Assembly (NCBI GenBank): GCA_946186275.1
Contig: CAMHMO010000005.1
Span: forward strand, 5,087-69,086
Origin: an uncultured Verrucomicrobiota bacterium
Lineage (GTDB): Bacteria; Verrucomicrobiota; Verrucomicrobiia; Opitutales; UBA9783
Direction: 5' to 3'
DNA: 64,000 nt
How positions within the stretch are numbered: the first letter of the stretch is position 1; the number at the start of each line of letters is the position of its first letter. Below are positions 50,923-60,887 of the stretch, piece after piece. Below the pieces are notes generated by a model that did no database searches, was not told the DNA's origin, and saw only the letters and a list, made by a program, of their open reading frames with translations. The translations under genes were made by a program, and so were the position numbers.

Positions 50923-52059
50923 TTACCCCTCTCCGCCGATAAGTGCCTCTACGTAGGACGCTATCGAAAACGGTTGCAAATCCTCCGCTTTTTCGCCCAG
51001 ACCGACGAAGTAAATCGGTACGTGCAGGGTTTGATAAATGCCGACCAATGCACCGCCTTTGCTCGTTCCGTCCAGTTTGGTGACAATAAGTCCCGTCAAA
51101 CCGACGGCTTCGTGAAATAATTTCGCCTGTTGCAGGGAATTGGTGCCAAGGGAACCGTCGATGACCAGCCAGCGGTGTTGCGGAAACAACGGATGGCACT
51201 TGTGAAGTACGCGTACCATCTTTTTGAGTTCCTCCGTGAGCGAGGTTTTGGTGTGCAGGCGCCCGGCGGTATCCAAAATGACGCGTTGATAGCCGCGATG
51301 GAGACCCGCTTGGCAAACGTCGTAGGCGACGGAAGCCGCATCGGCACGCTGTTGACTGCCGATGCAGTCCAAATGCAACCGTTCCGCCCAGGTTTTCAGT
51401 TGCTGATCCGCCGCGGCGCGAAAGGTATCGCAGGAGCCCAACAGGGTATGTCGGTTGTTTTTTTCGAAGAAATGTGCCAATTTCGCCGCGGTGGTTGTTT
51501 TCCCTGCTCCGTTGATGCCCAACAGCAGTATGACCTGTAAATCGACCGCCTGCGTATTCGGAGGCGATTGAGGCAGAGAAGCATTTTTATCGGATGCAGG
51601 TGAGGCATCGGTTAGAGTAAAAGGCATATTCGGATGGGATGCGCCGTTTGTTGCCTGTTGTTCCAATACGGGCGAACGGAAAACTTGTCCTTCGGAGGTG
51701 TTGCCGCGGTATTCTTCGTTTTCAACCGCTCCGCTCACGTTCGACGGAGTACCTGCGGCGACGGCATCGGATGGAACCGACAGAGGATTACCTTCGGAAC
51801 CCTGTAAAAGTTCGGTTAAAATTTGGCGCAGCAGTTCGGTGCCATCGACGGTTTTGTTTGTTTTGGAGGCTTCTTCAACGCGTTTCAGGACATATTCGAC
51901 GGTATCGACGCCGAAATCCGCTTCGTACAAACTCCGTTCCAACGATTGTCGGTCGTCCGCCGAGAGAGAAGGTTTCGAGAAAACGGCGACAACACTGCGC
52001 GTGATGCTCTGACGTACTTTGGCGCATTTTTCCGCAAACGTTTTAAAAAAGCCTAACAT
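50923..52059 (-). CDS. ftsY: SRP receptor FtsY with an internal insertion
   Basis: GINGAGKTTT, DTFRAAA, DTAGR, TKLDGTSKGG. Confidence 0.96.
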   Translation of the reverse strand: MLGFFKTFAEKCAKVRQSITRSVVAVFSKPSLSADDRQSLERSLYEADFGVDTVEYVLKRVEEASKTNKTVDGTELLRQILTELLQGSEGNPLSVPSDAVAAGTPSNVSGAVENEEYRGNTSEGQVFRSPVLEQQATNGASHPNMPFTLTDASPASDKNASLPQSPPNTQAVDLQVILLLGINGAGKTTTAAKLAHFFEKNNRHTLLGSCDTFRAAADQQLKTWAERLHLDCIGSQQRADAASVAYDVCQAGLHRGYQRVILDTAGRLHTKTSLTEELKKMVRVLHKCHPLFPQHRWLVIDGSLGTNSLQQAKLFHEAVGLTGLIVTKLDGTSKGGALVGIYQTLHVPIYFVGLGEKAEDLQPFSIASYVEALIGGEG

Positions 52060-52184
52060 ACTTCCTTTGAGATGTGCTTCGGCATGCCGTTGATGAAACG
52101 CTTGGAATCATCCGATGCGTACTCTTTGGCGAGCTTAACAGCTTCATTAGTGACCGCCGATGTCGTTTCACAAGAACTTAACAT
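52053..52184 (-). CDS. 43-aa mini-ORF formed from a diverged duplicate of the nusB 3' end
   Basis: MLSSCETTSAVTNEAVKLAKEYASDDSKRFINGMPKHISKEVC; its ATG overlaps the nusB end and its end overlaps the ftsY ATG. Confidence 0.5.
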   Translation of the reverse strand: MLSSCETTSAVTNEAVKLAKEYASDDSKRFINGMPKHISKEVC

Positions 52185-52282
52185 ACCTCCTTTGCAATGC
52201 GATCAAGCATGCCGTTGATGAAACGCTTGGAATCGTCCGATGCGTACTCCTTGGCGAGTTCAATGGCTTCGTTAATGACTAC
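52053..52282. repeat. Diverged tandem duplication, 125-bp offset
   Basis: CATGCCGTTGATGAAACGCTTGGAATC occurs at 52083 and 52208, with flanking similarity over about 105 bp. Confidence 0.93.
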
Positions 52283-52600
52283 CGGCGGCGGTGTTTGCGC
52301 GAATTTTAACTCATAAACGGCGAGCCGTAAAATCGCCAGATCGACCTTCGCGATGCGTTCGAACGCCCAATTTTCCGCGTGCTTTTCCAGAATTTTGTCA
52401 ATCAACGGCTGTTGCCGAACAACATCGTACAGAGTTGTCGAAACAAACTCAGACGGCAGAATATCGCTCGCATCTTTCTTTTCTTCACAATACCAAGCAT
52501 AAAGCGTTTCGACTGCAACATCCTGCTGGACATCCCGCATGTACAAACACTCGATAATGCATTGACGCTGTCGGTGGCGTTTGGACGGATGCGAAGCCAT
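52178..52600 (-). CDS. nusB: Transcription antitermination factor NusB
   Basis: R..R...IECLY, DLAILRLAVYEL, VINEAIELAK.Y...S.RFINGML. Confidence 0.95.
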   Translation of the reverse strand: MASHPSKRHRQRQCIIECLYMRDVQQDVAVETLYAWYCEEKKDASDILPSEFVSTTLYDVVRQQPLIDKILEKHAENWAFERIAKVDLAILRLAVYELKFAQTPPPVVINEAIELAKEYASDDSKRFINGMLDRIAKEVC

Positions 52601-52775
52601 AAGAACTCAAATAACGAAGCGTGGCGGCGAAATGCCGAAAACACTCTTATGAGGGAAAAAAGCGGGCGAATTGTCAATTTTTTAAGAAAAATTTTATCAA
52701 AATCGTTTCTTTTGTGCGGCGCGTAACGGAAAATTGTATTTGCGTTGTGGCGGTAAGATGTGACAATGAAGCGAG

Positions 52776-53972
52776 ATGATCATCCAATCGAAAGTTCGCG
52801 GTTTCATTTGCATTACGGCGCACCCGGACGGTTGTGCGGCGCAGGTTCGGAAGCAAATTGATTATGTGCGCGCGCGGGGCGAATTAAAGAATGCGCCGAA
52901 GCGTATTTTGATTTTGGGTGCATCAACGGGCTACGGGTTAGCGAGTCGCATCGTGAGCGTCGCCGGTGCGAAGGCGGCAACATTCGGCGTGTTTTATGAA
53001 CGCCCGAGCGCGGACGGCAAACCCGCTTCGGCAGGTTGGTACAATACCGCGGCGTTGGAAGCGGCGGCATTGAAGGAAGGTATTCCTTTTTATTCGATGA
53101 ACGGCGATGCGTTTTCGTCGGACTTTAAAACAAAAACCGTCGAAGCCCTGCGAAAGACGCTCGGGACGGTCGATTGCGTGATTTACAGCCTGGCGGCTCC
53201 GCGTCGAACGGATAAAGACGGGATAACATATAAGTCGGTTTTAAAGCCGATCGGGCAAAGTTTTACGAGCAAAACCGTCAATACCGACAAAGGCGAAGTC
53301 TTTGAAATCACCCTCGAACCCGCGACCGATGACGAAATTTTCCAAACGGTCAAAGTCATGGGGGGCGAAGACTGGGAGGAATGGATCCGCTTATTGGTTG
53401 CGGAAAAGCTTCTGGCTTCGAACGCAACAATCGTGGCGTATTCCTACATCGGTCCGGAGGTGACGTGGCCGATTTACAAGTCGGGTACCATCGGACGGGC
53501 GAAGGCGCACCTGGCGGAAACCGCCGAACGTTTGAATAGTTTTCTGTCGGACAAAATTCAAGGTCGGGCGTTGATTTCGGTCAATAAAGCCGTTGTAACA
53601 CAAGCCAGTTCCGCCATTCCCGTGGTTCCGCTTTATAATTCGATTTTGTTCAAAGTCATGAAGGAGGCGGGATTGCATGAGGATTGCATTCAGCAAATGT
53701 ACCGTCTTTTTGCGGGCTTGTTTGACGAAAAGGGTGCTTTAAAGCGTGACAGTGCGACGTGCGTGCGTTTGGACGATTTGGAATTGAAACCCGAAGTGCA
53801 ATTCGAAGTACAACGGATTTGGGAGCGAATCAACACAAGTAATTTACGTACATTAAGTGACTTTGACGGCTACAAAAAGAATTTTTTGCAGCTGTTCGGG
53901 TTCGAGTGCGAAGGTGTGGATTACAATGCCGACGTCAATCCCGAGCGTCCGATACGAAATTTGATTGCTTAA
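52776..53972 (+). CDS. fabV: Enoyl-ACP/trans-2-enoyl-CoA reductase FabV
   Basis: RGFICITAHP, GASTGYGLASRI, YSLAAPRR, AYSYIGP, VTQASSAIP. Confidence 0.93.
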   Translation: MIIQSKVRGFICITAHPDGCAAQVRKQIDYVRARGELKNAPKRILILGASTGYGLASRIVSVAGAKAATFGVFYERPSADGKPASAGWYNTAALEAAALKEGIPFYSMNGDAFSSDFKTKTVEALRKTLGTVDCVIYSLAAPRRTDKDGITYKSVLKPIGQSFTSKTVNTDKGEVFEITLEPATDDEIFQTVKVMGGEDWEEWIRLLVAEKLLASNATIVAYSYIGPEVTWPIYKSGTIGRAKAHLAETAERLNSFLSDKIQGRALISVNKAVVTQASSAIPVVPLYNSILFKVMKEAGLHEDCIQQMYRLFAGLFDEKGALKRDSATCVRLDDLELKPEVQFEVQRIWERINTSNLRTLSDFDGYKKNFLQLFGFECEGVDYNADVNPERPIRNLIA

Positions 53973-54889
53973 TGCAAACCGAAATCGATCGGTTGCTGGA
54001 AGGCATTCTGAAAACGCAACGGACGTTGGGCGAAGAGAATTTTCTGCTTTCGCCGAAAGTTCTGAGTGATTTTTTGCAGAACGAACATAGGGTGCTTGCA
54101 GAGGATTTCGACAGGGCTTCTCACGCAAAGCCGATAGGTTGTGCAACGGAACATGTTGCTTCTGTCTCTTCTTCCTTTCCTTCAAATTTGCCTCAATCAG
54201 TTTTGCATACATCCGAAGCACAAACATCGGATAATGTCGGAATGTCTCCCGTTGTAACGCTCCCGTCGGGGACAAAGGCGGAGCAATGGCAGTGGCTGAA
54301 GGAAAAAGTTTTATCCTGTCCGAATTGTCTGCAACATGTTCCTGAGGGTAAAAAGCCGGTGTTCGGAAGCGGGAATTTGGATGCCGATATTTTCTTTTGC
54401 GGTGAAGCGCCGGGTGCGGAAGAAGAGGAGCAGGGCGAGGTTTTTGTCGGGCGCGCGGGGCAGTTGTTGACAAAAATTATCGAAGCCATGGGGTTGCGGC
54501 GTTCGGACGTGTACATCGGCAACATTATGAATTGGCGTCCGGAGACGCCGAACCGCATCGGCAATCGACCGCCGACGCAGGAAGAAATGCGGTTTTGTTT
54601 GCCCTATCTCATCGGGCAGGTGGAGATTGTGCGCCCGAAGGTCCTTGTTGCCTTGGGTTTGACGGCGGTGAACGGTCTGCTCGGTTATGACGCCAATCGA
54701 AAAATGCGCGATTGCCGCGGGAAGTGGTTTGAATTTCATAAAATTCCGCTGTTGGTGACCTATCATCCGTCGTATCTGTTGCGCAACGGTACGTCCGCTT
54801 CCAAACGCATGGTGTGGGAAGATATGCTGTGCGTGATGAAGTTTTTAAAGATGCCGATTTCCGAAAAACAAGAGGGGTATTTTTTGTAG
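53972..54889 (+). CDS. udg: Uracil-DNA glycosylase family 4 (Fe-S) with an N-terminal extension
   Basis: C..C, GEAPGAEE..QG.VFVGRAGQLL, N...WRP...NRPP, TYHPSYLLR. Confidence 0.92.
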   Translation: MQTEIDRLLEGILKTQRTLGEENFLLSPKVLSDFLQNEHRVLAEDFDRASHAKPIGCATEHVASVSSSFPSNLPQSVLHTSEAQTSDNVGMSPVVTLPSGTKAEQWQWLKEKVLSCPNCLQHVPEGKKPVFGSGNLDADIFFCGEAPGAEEEEQGEVFVGRAGQLLTKIIEAMGLRRSDVYIGNIMNWRPETPNRIGNRPPTQEEMRFCLPYLIGQVEIVRPKVLVALGLTAVNGLLGYDANRKMRDCRGKWFEFHKIPLLVTYHPSYLLRNGTSASKRMVWEDMLCVMKFLKMPISEKQEGYFL

Positions 54890-55614
54890 GGAATACGACC
54901 GTAAAAACGCGTTTTTTTGAAAAAATCTTACGTTCCGTAATTGTTTTTGGAAGAAACATCAGCTGTTTAGGGGGGGGATAACGGAACCGACATGCTTTAC
55001 GTGAAAGTTTTGTTAAAAGTTTTTTTTAAAACGGAGCGTTGGAGTAACTTCTTTTTTCCCGAAAAATCTTTGAACGATTTCCCAATGCTTCGGTCTCTCC
55101 CTTATGAACACGTTTTTTATTCATTGTTCCGAAGTATTCCCCAAATGCTTCGGTTACTTTCGCATCACCGCCGGCAGTTTTGCCGGCGGCGGTGTTTTTG
55201 GGGAAGTGTTTTGTAAGTCCCGTTTAAATACGTCGTGTGTTTTCGCACACAATTTTTTTTATTGCAGACGGATGTTGGATGAAGTTTTGCCTCTGTGCTT
55301 TCACCGAGGGGGCAACTATCAAACCATTGCCGTGATCCATATCAAAAAAAATCACAGTATCAAGAGGGCAGGGAAGTGTTTTTTTCGGATATAGTGCGGT
55401 TACTGAATGAATGCGTCGTTTGGCGTATTTTGGCGTATTATTTTGGAACGTCGTTTGGCGGGTGTTGTTTGAGAATAAATTATGTCTGTTTATCCCGGGT
55501 GTCGGGTTTTGCACGTGTTGCTTTTTGAAGTGTACACGAAAATTTCCAAAAAAACTTTGAACAACTTTTACGTATATCGGTCGTCCTTTTATGGTATAGC
55601 TTTCTATTTATTTT

Positions 55615-55649
55615 CCAAGGGCACCGCAAAGGTGCCCTTGGTTTTTTTT
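55615..55649 (+). terminator. Strong intrinsic terminator with no clear upstream gene
   Basis: Perfect 11-bp stem CCAAGGGCACC-GCAAA-GGTGCCCTTGG followed by T8. Confidence 0.8.
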
Positions 55650-56193
55650 GGTGTTTCGTCGAATTCTTGTGTTGTATCGGCTTTGTTTTGTCTTCTTTTG
55701 ATCGTACGTTGTTGCGATTATCTTGAGAGTGTTGTGCTCTGCGGATGCGATACGCAAAATGCCGTCTGGTTTTAATGAAATTGCTCCGTTGTATCTCCGT
55801 GGAACACCTTGAGGTTCAATTGCGTGCTCCGTATTAAAAAAATTACCGTGTCAAGAAGATGGGAAAGTAATTTATTGCGGATGCGTGCGTTTGAACTCCA
55901 TTTTTTTTGGTTTCAACAGCCGTTTGCCGTAACTTGATTTCTTCCCGAAGGATTCCGCCGCAAAACGCAAATCGGACGCTTTTATTCGAGGAACCGTGCT
56001 CTGCCGTGCATATAACGTGTCCAAAAGGCAGGAGGGGGTGAACGACAAAACCAAGTATATCGGCAAAAACACAACAAAATCATAAAGTTGAACGGCAGGC
56101 AGTCTTCCCAAAAAAATCGTTCAACTGTTTAAGCATTGCATTGTTACACGCGTGCCTTTGCTAAAGGCGGCTTTCGATTCTTTCTGCGGCAAT

Positions 56194-56220
56194 AAAAAAG
56201 CCCCCGCTTTTGCGAGGGCT
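56194..56220 (-). terminator. Intrinsic terminator of the large secreted-protein gene
   Basis: Minus strand AGCCCTCGC-AAAA-GCGGGGGCT followed by a T run, about 50 bp after the stop. Confidence 0.75.
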
Positions 56221-56232
56221 CCTTTACAATTC

Positions 56233-56265
56233 GATAACTTATCTTTTACGGATAACTTATCTTTT
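56233..56265. repeat. Tandem GATAACTTATCTTTT x2 (18-bp period); each core is a 5-1-5 palindrome
   Basis: Read directly at 56233 and 56251. Confidence 0.85.
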
Positions 56266-56267
56266 TT

Positions 56268-59200
56268 TTACGCTCCGACAGGTTCCACCAAGGCCCTGTT
56301 ATCCTCATCGAGGATGCCACGACGAACTTCAACCTCTTCCGAAGCGGAAGGACGCACCGTATCATTGCCGAACTCTTCATAGATCGGATGCGTCATGTCT
56401 TCATCATCTTGTTCATTAAAGAAACCGTCGAGGCTCAATTTTTTACAGACTTCATCGGCAAAGTCAACAAACAACCTATGTGACGGACGCTTCCCCTCGC
56501 GAAGTTTCTCACGATACGCACACGCAATTTCTCCCAATATAATTGCCGCTTCAGGTGTCTTAAGCCTTTTGAAACCGCCCTGAAAACTGCCTTCGTAACT
56601 CGGGTGTTGGTAGCCGTTATAGAACTCCACAATCGCATCCCGTTTATTTTCAAGTGCATGATACCAATTCGCCAAACGTGCATTTGCCTCTCTCTGAACC
56701 GGAGACAGATCCTCGACCATCTTCTTTGCGATACTGCGTACGGCACCTCCCATACGCTCGCTGCTTATATCTCGTGTGCCGTATTGACATGCCGCAAGAT
56801 ACATAACGACTTCCAAATGGCGTATGCCGAGATCGCGCAACTGTTTGCCCCACTTAGACAAAAGATCCCGGCGATCGCCTTCATCTTCGTTTATGTACAC
56901 GCCCTTGCTGTATACCTCATCTAAGCCGGACGGGATCCACCACTCGCTGCCTTCCCTGGGCTCGGTTTCTACATTTACCGGAACAAATGTCCGAGCAACT
57001 TTGGATTCTTCGCGATTTTCGGCAACAACCGCAGGCTTTTGAGCATTGTCTTCCGATGCAACCGCAGACTTCGCCTCATTTCCGAACTCTTCGAACGTCA
57101 ACGGCACGTTAGCAAAGACATCCGAATTGCAGGCTTTGCAGAACTCTGCCGCGAATTTTACGAATGCCGGATGTGCCGGACGCGAGCCGTTGATAATAGC
57201 GGCACCGTACACGGAAAAGATGTCCAAAAGGGCATTCCGCTGCTCTTCCGCCGTAAGCTCTTTGAAACCGCGTTCAAACGGCTGGCGACTGATCGGATTG
57301 TCGTTCGGATGATCGACTGCATTGTTAAACGCCATGAAGACATTCCGAAGGCGCGGATTTGAACTGTCCTTGTCGACCGTCATGAAAAGATTGCCGACCT
57401 CCTTGGCAAGTTCGATAATTCCGGAATCGGATTCTCCGCTTTTTTGCAATGTCGTCGCATGCAACGTCGCCGCTTTGTAGATAATCGCTTCCTCCCGGCG
57501 TATGGGCAACTGTTTCAGGACATTCCGGAACAATGCCGGTTTTGCATGATACTTCATGCTCACGCTCGTCGGAAGCAGATTGACCGGAATTTCGTGACAA
57601 TAAGCGTAATATACGCGATACGGAAGATTCCATTCTTCGGTTTCCTGTTTTTCGTTTTCAATAATCGCGTTCGCGCCGACGTTCTTGTCGCTTGTCTTCT
57701 CCGACGAAACATCCGAAGCGACTTGTGCGTTATCCGCTTCCCATACGGCATCAAAACATTCAAAAGCAGCCTTCGCGAGTTGAATGAACGCGTCGCTCGC
57801 CGCCTTCTTTCCGCTCATCAACCGATGCATATACTGATCGGCGATATAATACAGAACGGCATTCAGTTCGTTGATGCCGAGCCTTTCAAGTCCCCCGCTG
57901 AACTCCGCGGTCTCCGTGTGTTCGAATGCATTATAGACGTTCAGTATCGCCGCGCTTGTGCCCGAATACGGGAAAATGCCGTCTACGGCGGTTACGGCTT
58001 CGGCGATATTCTCTTCCATGCGAATACCCTCGTTCATCATTTGTTTGCACGGAATCGCGGTCAACCAAAGCATGGCTTCCAACTTACGGATGCCGAGAGG
58101 GTTCAACCCGCGAGCCCATCTGTCCGCACGATTGCGATTGTATTCAAGATCGTATCCGCGGAAAGCATCCTGTACGAACGGAGGAATTGTCCACGAATCC
58201 GTCTCGACTTCCTCCTCGATATTGCCTGCGCTCGCCGCAACGTTTGCCTGTTCCTGCGCAACCGCATCCGTCTCGAGATATTCGCGTGCCTGTTCCTGCG
58301 CCGCGAGGACGGAATCGGAATTAACCTGCGCCTCTTCGGACTCGTATTTGAAGTCTTCGCCGTTTTGCGCCTCTTCGACGGGAACCGCTTTCAGATTTTC
58401 GCGCAACTGCTCCTGTTCCGCAAGAAGCCGGTCGGCACGAATTTGCCTGTCTTCGGCATCGTATTCCGCCTGCAACTTTTTCGCCAATTCGTAATCGCCG
58501 TTAATTTGCGCCTGACGCTGTGCTTCTTTGCGTTCTTTGTTCTTTCGCAGTGCCTCCGTTATTTTGAGAGCCGCATTGTCTTTGCGCGTTTCTTCCTGCT
58601 TTCTTAAAAGATCCGCCTTGCGACGCGCCAACTGAGCCCGACGCGCGTTTTGAATCTTCTCCGCCGCATTCGCCTGTTCCCGAGCCGCTTTTTTGCTTTC
58701 CGCCAACGCATTTGCTTTTTCTTTGAGTTCCTGCGCTCTTTCCGTACGTTCGGCACGCGTCGCTTCCCTGTCGGCTTCGAGGCGTTCCGCCATCATGGAA
58801 TTCAATTCCTTACGAGCTTCCTCTTTCGCCAAACGCTCCGATCTTCTGCGGGCATTTTCGTTTCTCTTTAAATGCGCCTGCAAATGAAGATCTCTTGCTT
58901 CCAGATCGATCGCATCTCTGCTCTTGCCGCGATAATCTTTAAGCATCCCCTGTAACTCTTCACTGTCACGGGCACGCGCTTCCTTTGTCTTGGCAATGCG
59001 CGCTTCCTCCTTACGGGCATTATCTTCATCGAAGAGGTTTTGAAGATCCCTGCCGCTCGTCCGCTCGGCATCATGCCTTGCTATGTTGTTTTGCGCCCGT
59101 TCGGCGAGACGTTTGGCTCTTGTGCGTCTTCCCGCCTTTTTCCGGGCAATAACAGCTTCTTCCTTACGCGCATTCTCTTCGTTGAAGAGACGTTGCAAAT

Positions 59201-59711
59201 CTTCGCCGCGCGTTTGTTCGGCCGCTTCCGCGAGTGCTCTGCTTTCCTGCCGTTCTTCTTCGTGAGAACGGACTTCTTTCGTCATTTCCTCCGCATCCGA
59301 TTCCGAAACGGTCGTTGCGCGATCCTCCAAATCCTGCGTTCTCTCAAACTTCAAAGCATTTAACTTATCCGAAGCGCCCGGTTTCTCGTTCGAGCTTTGG
59401 ATCGTCGTTTCGGTATTGCTCCAGGTGTTATCCAAAGAAGACGCATTGCTCGTCGGAATGTTCAGAAAAGCATCCGCGTTCTTTCTGTCCGCCAACGCCA
59501 GCTTTCCGAGAAACTCGTTATCCGGAAGAGTCTCCGGCTTGTATCCTTTGGATAAGCCGTACCCTCTGTAGTCAAAGTGCGGGCATGCATCCGTCCCGTG
59601 ATCGTATGTCTTGTCTCCGCACAGACCGCAGTCGGCCAACGCAACCGAATTTGCACCCGCCACAACGGCAGAGGCACTCAATAACTTCATTAATTTTGAT
59701 ATTTTTCCCAT
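56268..59711 (-). CDS. Large secreted protein (1147 aa): signal peptide, Cys/His motif, long coiled coil and three tandem helical domains
   Basis: MKLLSASAVVAGANSVALA signal; A/E/R-rich heptads; repeated W-x-[IL]-P-started domains. Confidence 0.85.
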   Translation of the reverse strand: MGKISKLMKLLSASAVVAGANSVALADCGLCGDKTYDHGTDACPHFDYRGYGLSKGYKPETLPDNEFLGKLALADRKNADAFLNIPTSNASSLDNTWSNTETTIQSSNEKPGASDKLNALKFERTQDLEDRATTVSESDAEEMTKEVRSHEEERQESRALAEAAEQTRGEDLQRLFNEENARKEEAVIARKKAGRRTRAKRLAERAQNNIARHDAERTSGRDLQNLFDEDNARKEEARIAKTKEARARDSEELQGMLKDYRGKSRDAIDLEARDLHLQAHLKRNENARRRSERLAKEEARKELNSMMAERLEADREATRAERTERAQELKEKANALAESKKAAREQANAAEKIQNARRAQLARRKADLLRKQEETRKDNAALKITEALRKNKERKEAQRQAQINGDYELAKKLQAEYDAEDRQIRADRLLAEQEQLRENLKAVPVEEAQNGEDFKYESEEAQVNSDSVLAAQEQAREYLETDAVAQEQANVAASAGNIEEEVETDSWTIPPFVQDAFRGYDLEYNRNRADRWARGLNPLGIRKLEAMLWLTAIPCKQMMNEGIRMEENIAEAVTAVDGIFPYSGTSAAILNVYNAFEHTETAEFSGGLERLGINELNAVLYYIADQYMHRLMSGKKAASDAFIQLAKAAFECFDAVWEADNAQVASDVSSEKTSDKNVGANAIIENEKQETEEWNLPYRVYYAYCHEIPVNLLPTSVSMKYHAKPALFRNVLKQLPIRREEAIIYKAATLHATTLQKSGESDSGIIELAKEVGNLFMTVDKDSSNPRLRNVFMAFNNAVDHPNDNPISRQPFERGFKELTAEEQRNALLDIFSVYGAAIINGSRPAHPAFVKFAAEFCKACNSDVFANVPLTFEEFGNEAKSAVASEDNAQKPAVVAENREESKVARTFVPVNVETEPREGSEWWIPSGLDEVYSKGVYINEDEGDRRDLLSKWGKQLRDLGIRHLEVVMYLAACQYGTRDISSERMGGAVRSIAKKMVEDLSPVQREANARLANWYHALENKRDAIVEFYNGYQHPSYEGSFQGGFKRLKTPEAAIILGEIACAYREKLREGKRPSHRLFVDFADEVCKKLSLDGFFNEQDDEDMTHPIYEEFGNDTVRPSASEEVEVRRGILDEDNRALVEPVGA

Positions 59712-60188
59712 ATATTTTTCCTTATACCGTCACTGATGATAGATGTGCATATTTTGTTGTCAAGTCGTTTTTTACAAAAATTTTACATTTTTTTAAAAAA
59801 AATTTTCGAAGCCGCCAACCAAGCGGTGAAACACTCAAGTAATTATATGAATTTGAGCCACATTCGTCAAAAAAAAGTTCGTATGTTTGACGGTTTATTG
59901 CGATATCGTCCGCAAAGATGACTGCTCCGTCTCCATGTCTTGTACCGTTTGTATTATTCATATTATTTACTTTGCGTGCGCGTCACATGTGTACCCCGCT
60001 CGTCCGACGGAGGCGGTCGAGACGCTTTATTACAGGAAATAACCGGCATCTTATACAAAGAACGGCTGAAAATTATTTTTTAACAATTTTTTTGCTCGAT
60101 CATGTTTTTTACGGACAATAATCAAAATAAAAGCTCGCGAAACCGTGAATCATCGCCATAAGATAACGGCGTTGCACGTATATATAAT

Positions 60189-60887
60189 ATGGAACAAACG
60201 GATTTTGAGGATTTTTTGAAAAATTTGGACAAAAACGGCGAACTTTCGGCGCGTTTGCCGCAACGCATCGTGTGGTTGAGCGGGTCGCCGGGCTCGGGAA
60301 AAGGAACGCACACGCGGATGTTGATTGATTTCTTCGGGCTTTATCAAGAGCCGTTGATCGCCAGCAGTCTGCTCAAAACGCCCGAGATGCTTGAAAAAAT
60401 CAACCAAGGGCTGCTGTTGGACGACGGAACGGTTACCACGGCGGTTTTTGAAGCATTAAAAAATCCGTTGTACCGAAACGGCATATTGGTTGACGGTTTC
60501 CCGCGCACCGACGGGCAGGCATATGTCATTGAGTGGTTTTATAAGAAGCTTTTGGTCGAAGGACGACAGCCGCAATTTATATCCGTTGTTTTGCTGACGA
60601 GCGAAGAGATAAGCGTGGAGCGTCAGCTGGGGCGCGGACGACGAGCTCTGGCGCATAACGAAAAAGTGAAACAAACGGGCAAGGGCGAATTGAAGGAAGT
60701 GCGCGCGACGGATTTGGATCCGAATGTGGCGCGGAAACGCTACGAAGTTTTCATGAAGGAAACCTACGCCGCCGTTAAGAAGCTGGACGGTAAAATTCCG
60801 TTTGTTTCCGTTAATGCCGACGGTACGTTGGAAGCGGTTAAGGCGGAATTGTCGGCGAAACTGCGGCAGTTGAATTTAAAGCCGTAA
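60189..60887 (+). CDS. adk: Adenylate kinase-family nucleoside monophosphate kinase
   Basis: GSPGSGKGT, GLLLDD, ILVDGFPRT..QA. Confidence 0.85.
   Translation: MEQTDFEDFLKNLDKNGELSARLPQRIVWLSGSPGSGKGTHTRMLIDFFGLYQEPLIASSLLKTPEMLEKINQGLLLDDGTVTTAVFEALKNPLYRNGILVDGFPRTDGQAYVIEWFYKKLLVEGRQPQFISVVLLTSEEISVERQLGRGRRALAHNEKVKQTGKGELKEVRATDLDPNVARKRYEVFMKETYAAVKKLDGKIPFVSVNADGTLEAVKAELSAKLRQLNLKP

Noticed and set aside
55081-55155. Two CCAATGCTTCGGT-like repeats about 60 bp apart as a mini-CRISPR
   Set aside because: Only two short imperfect copies and no cas genes.
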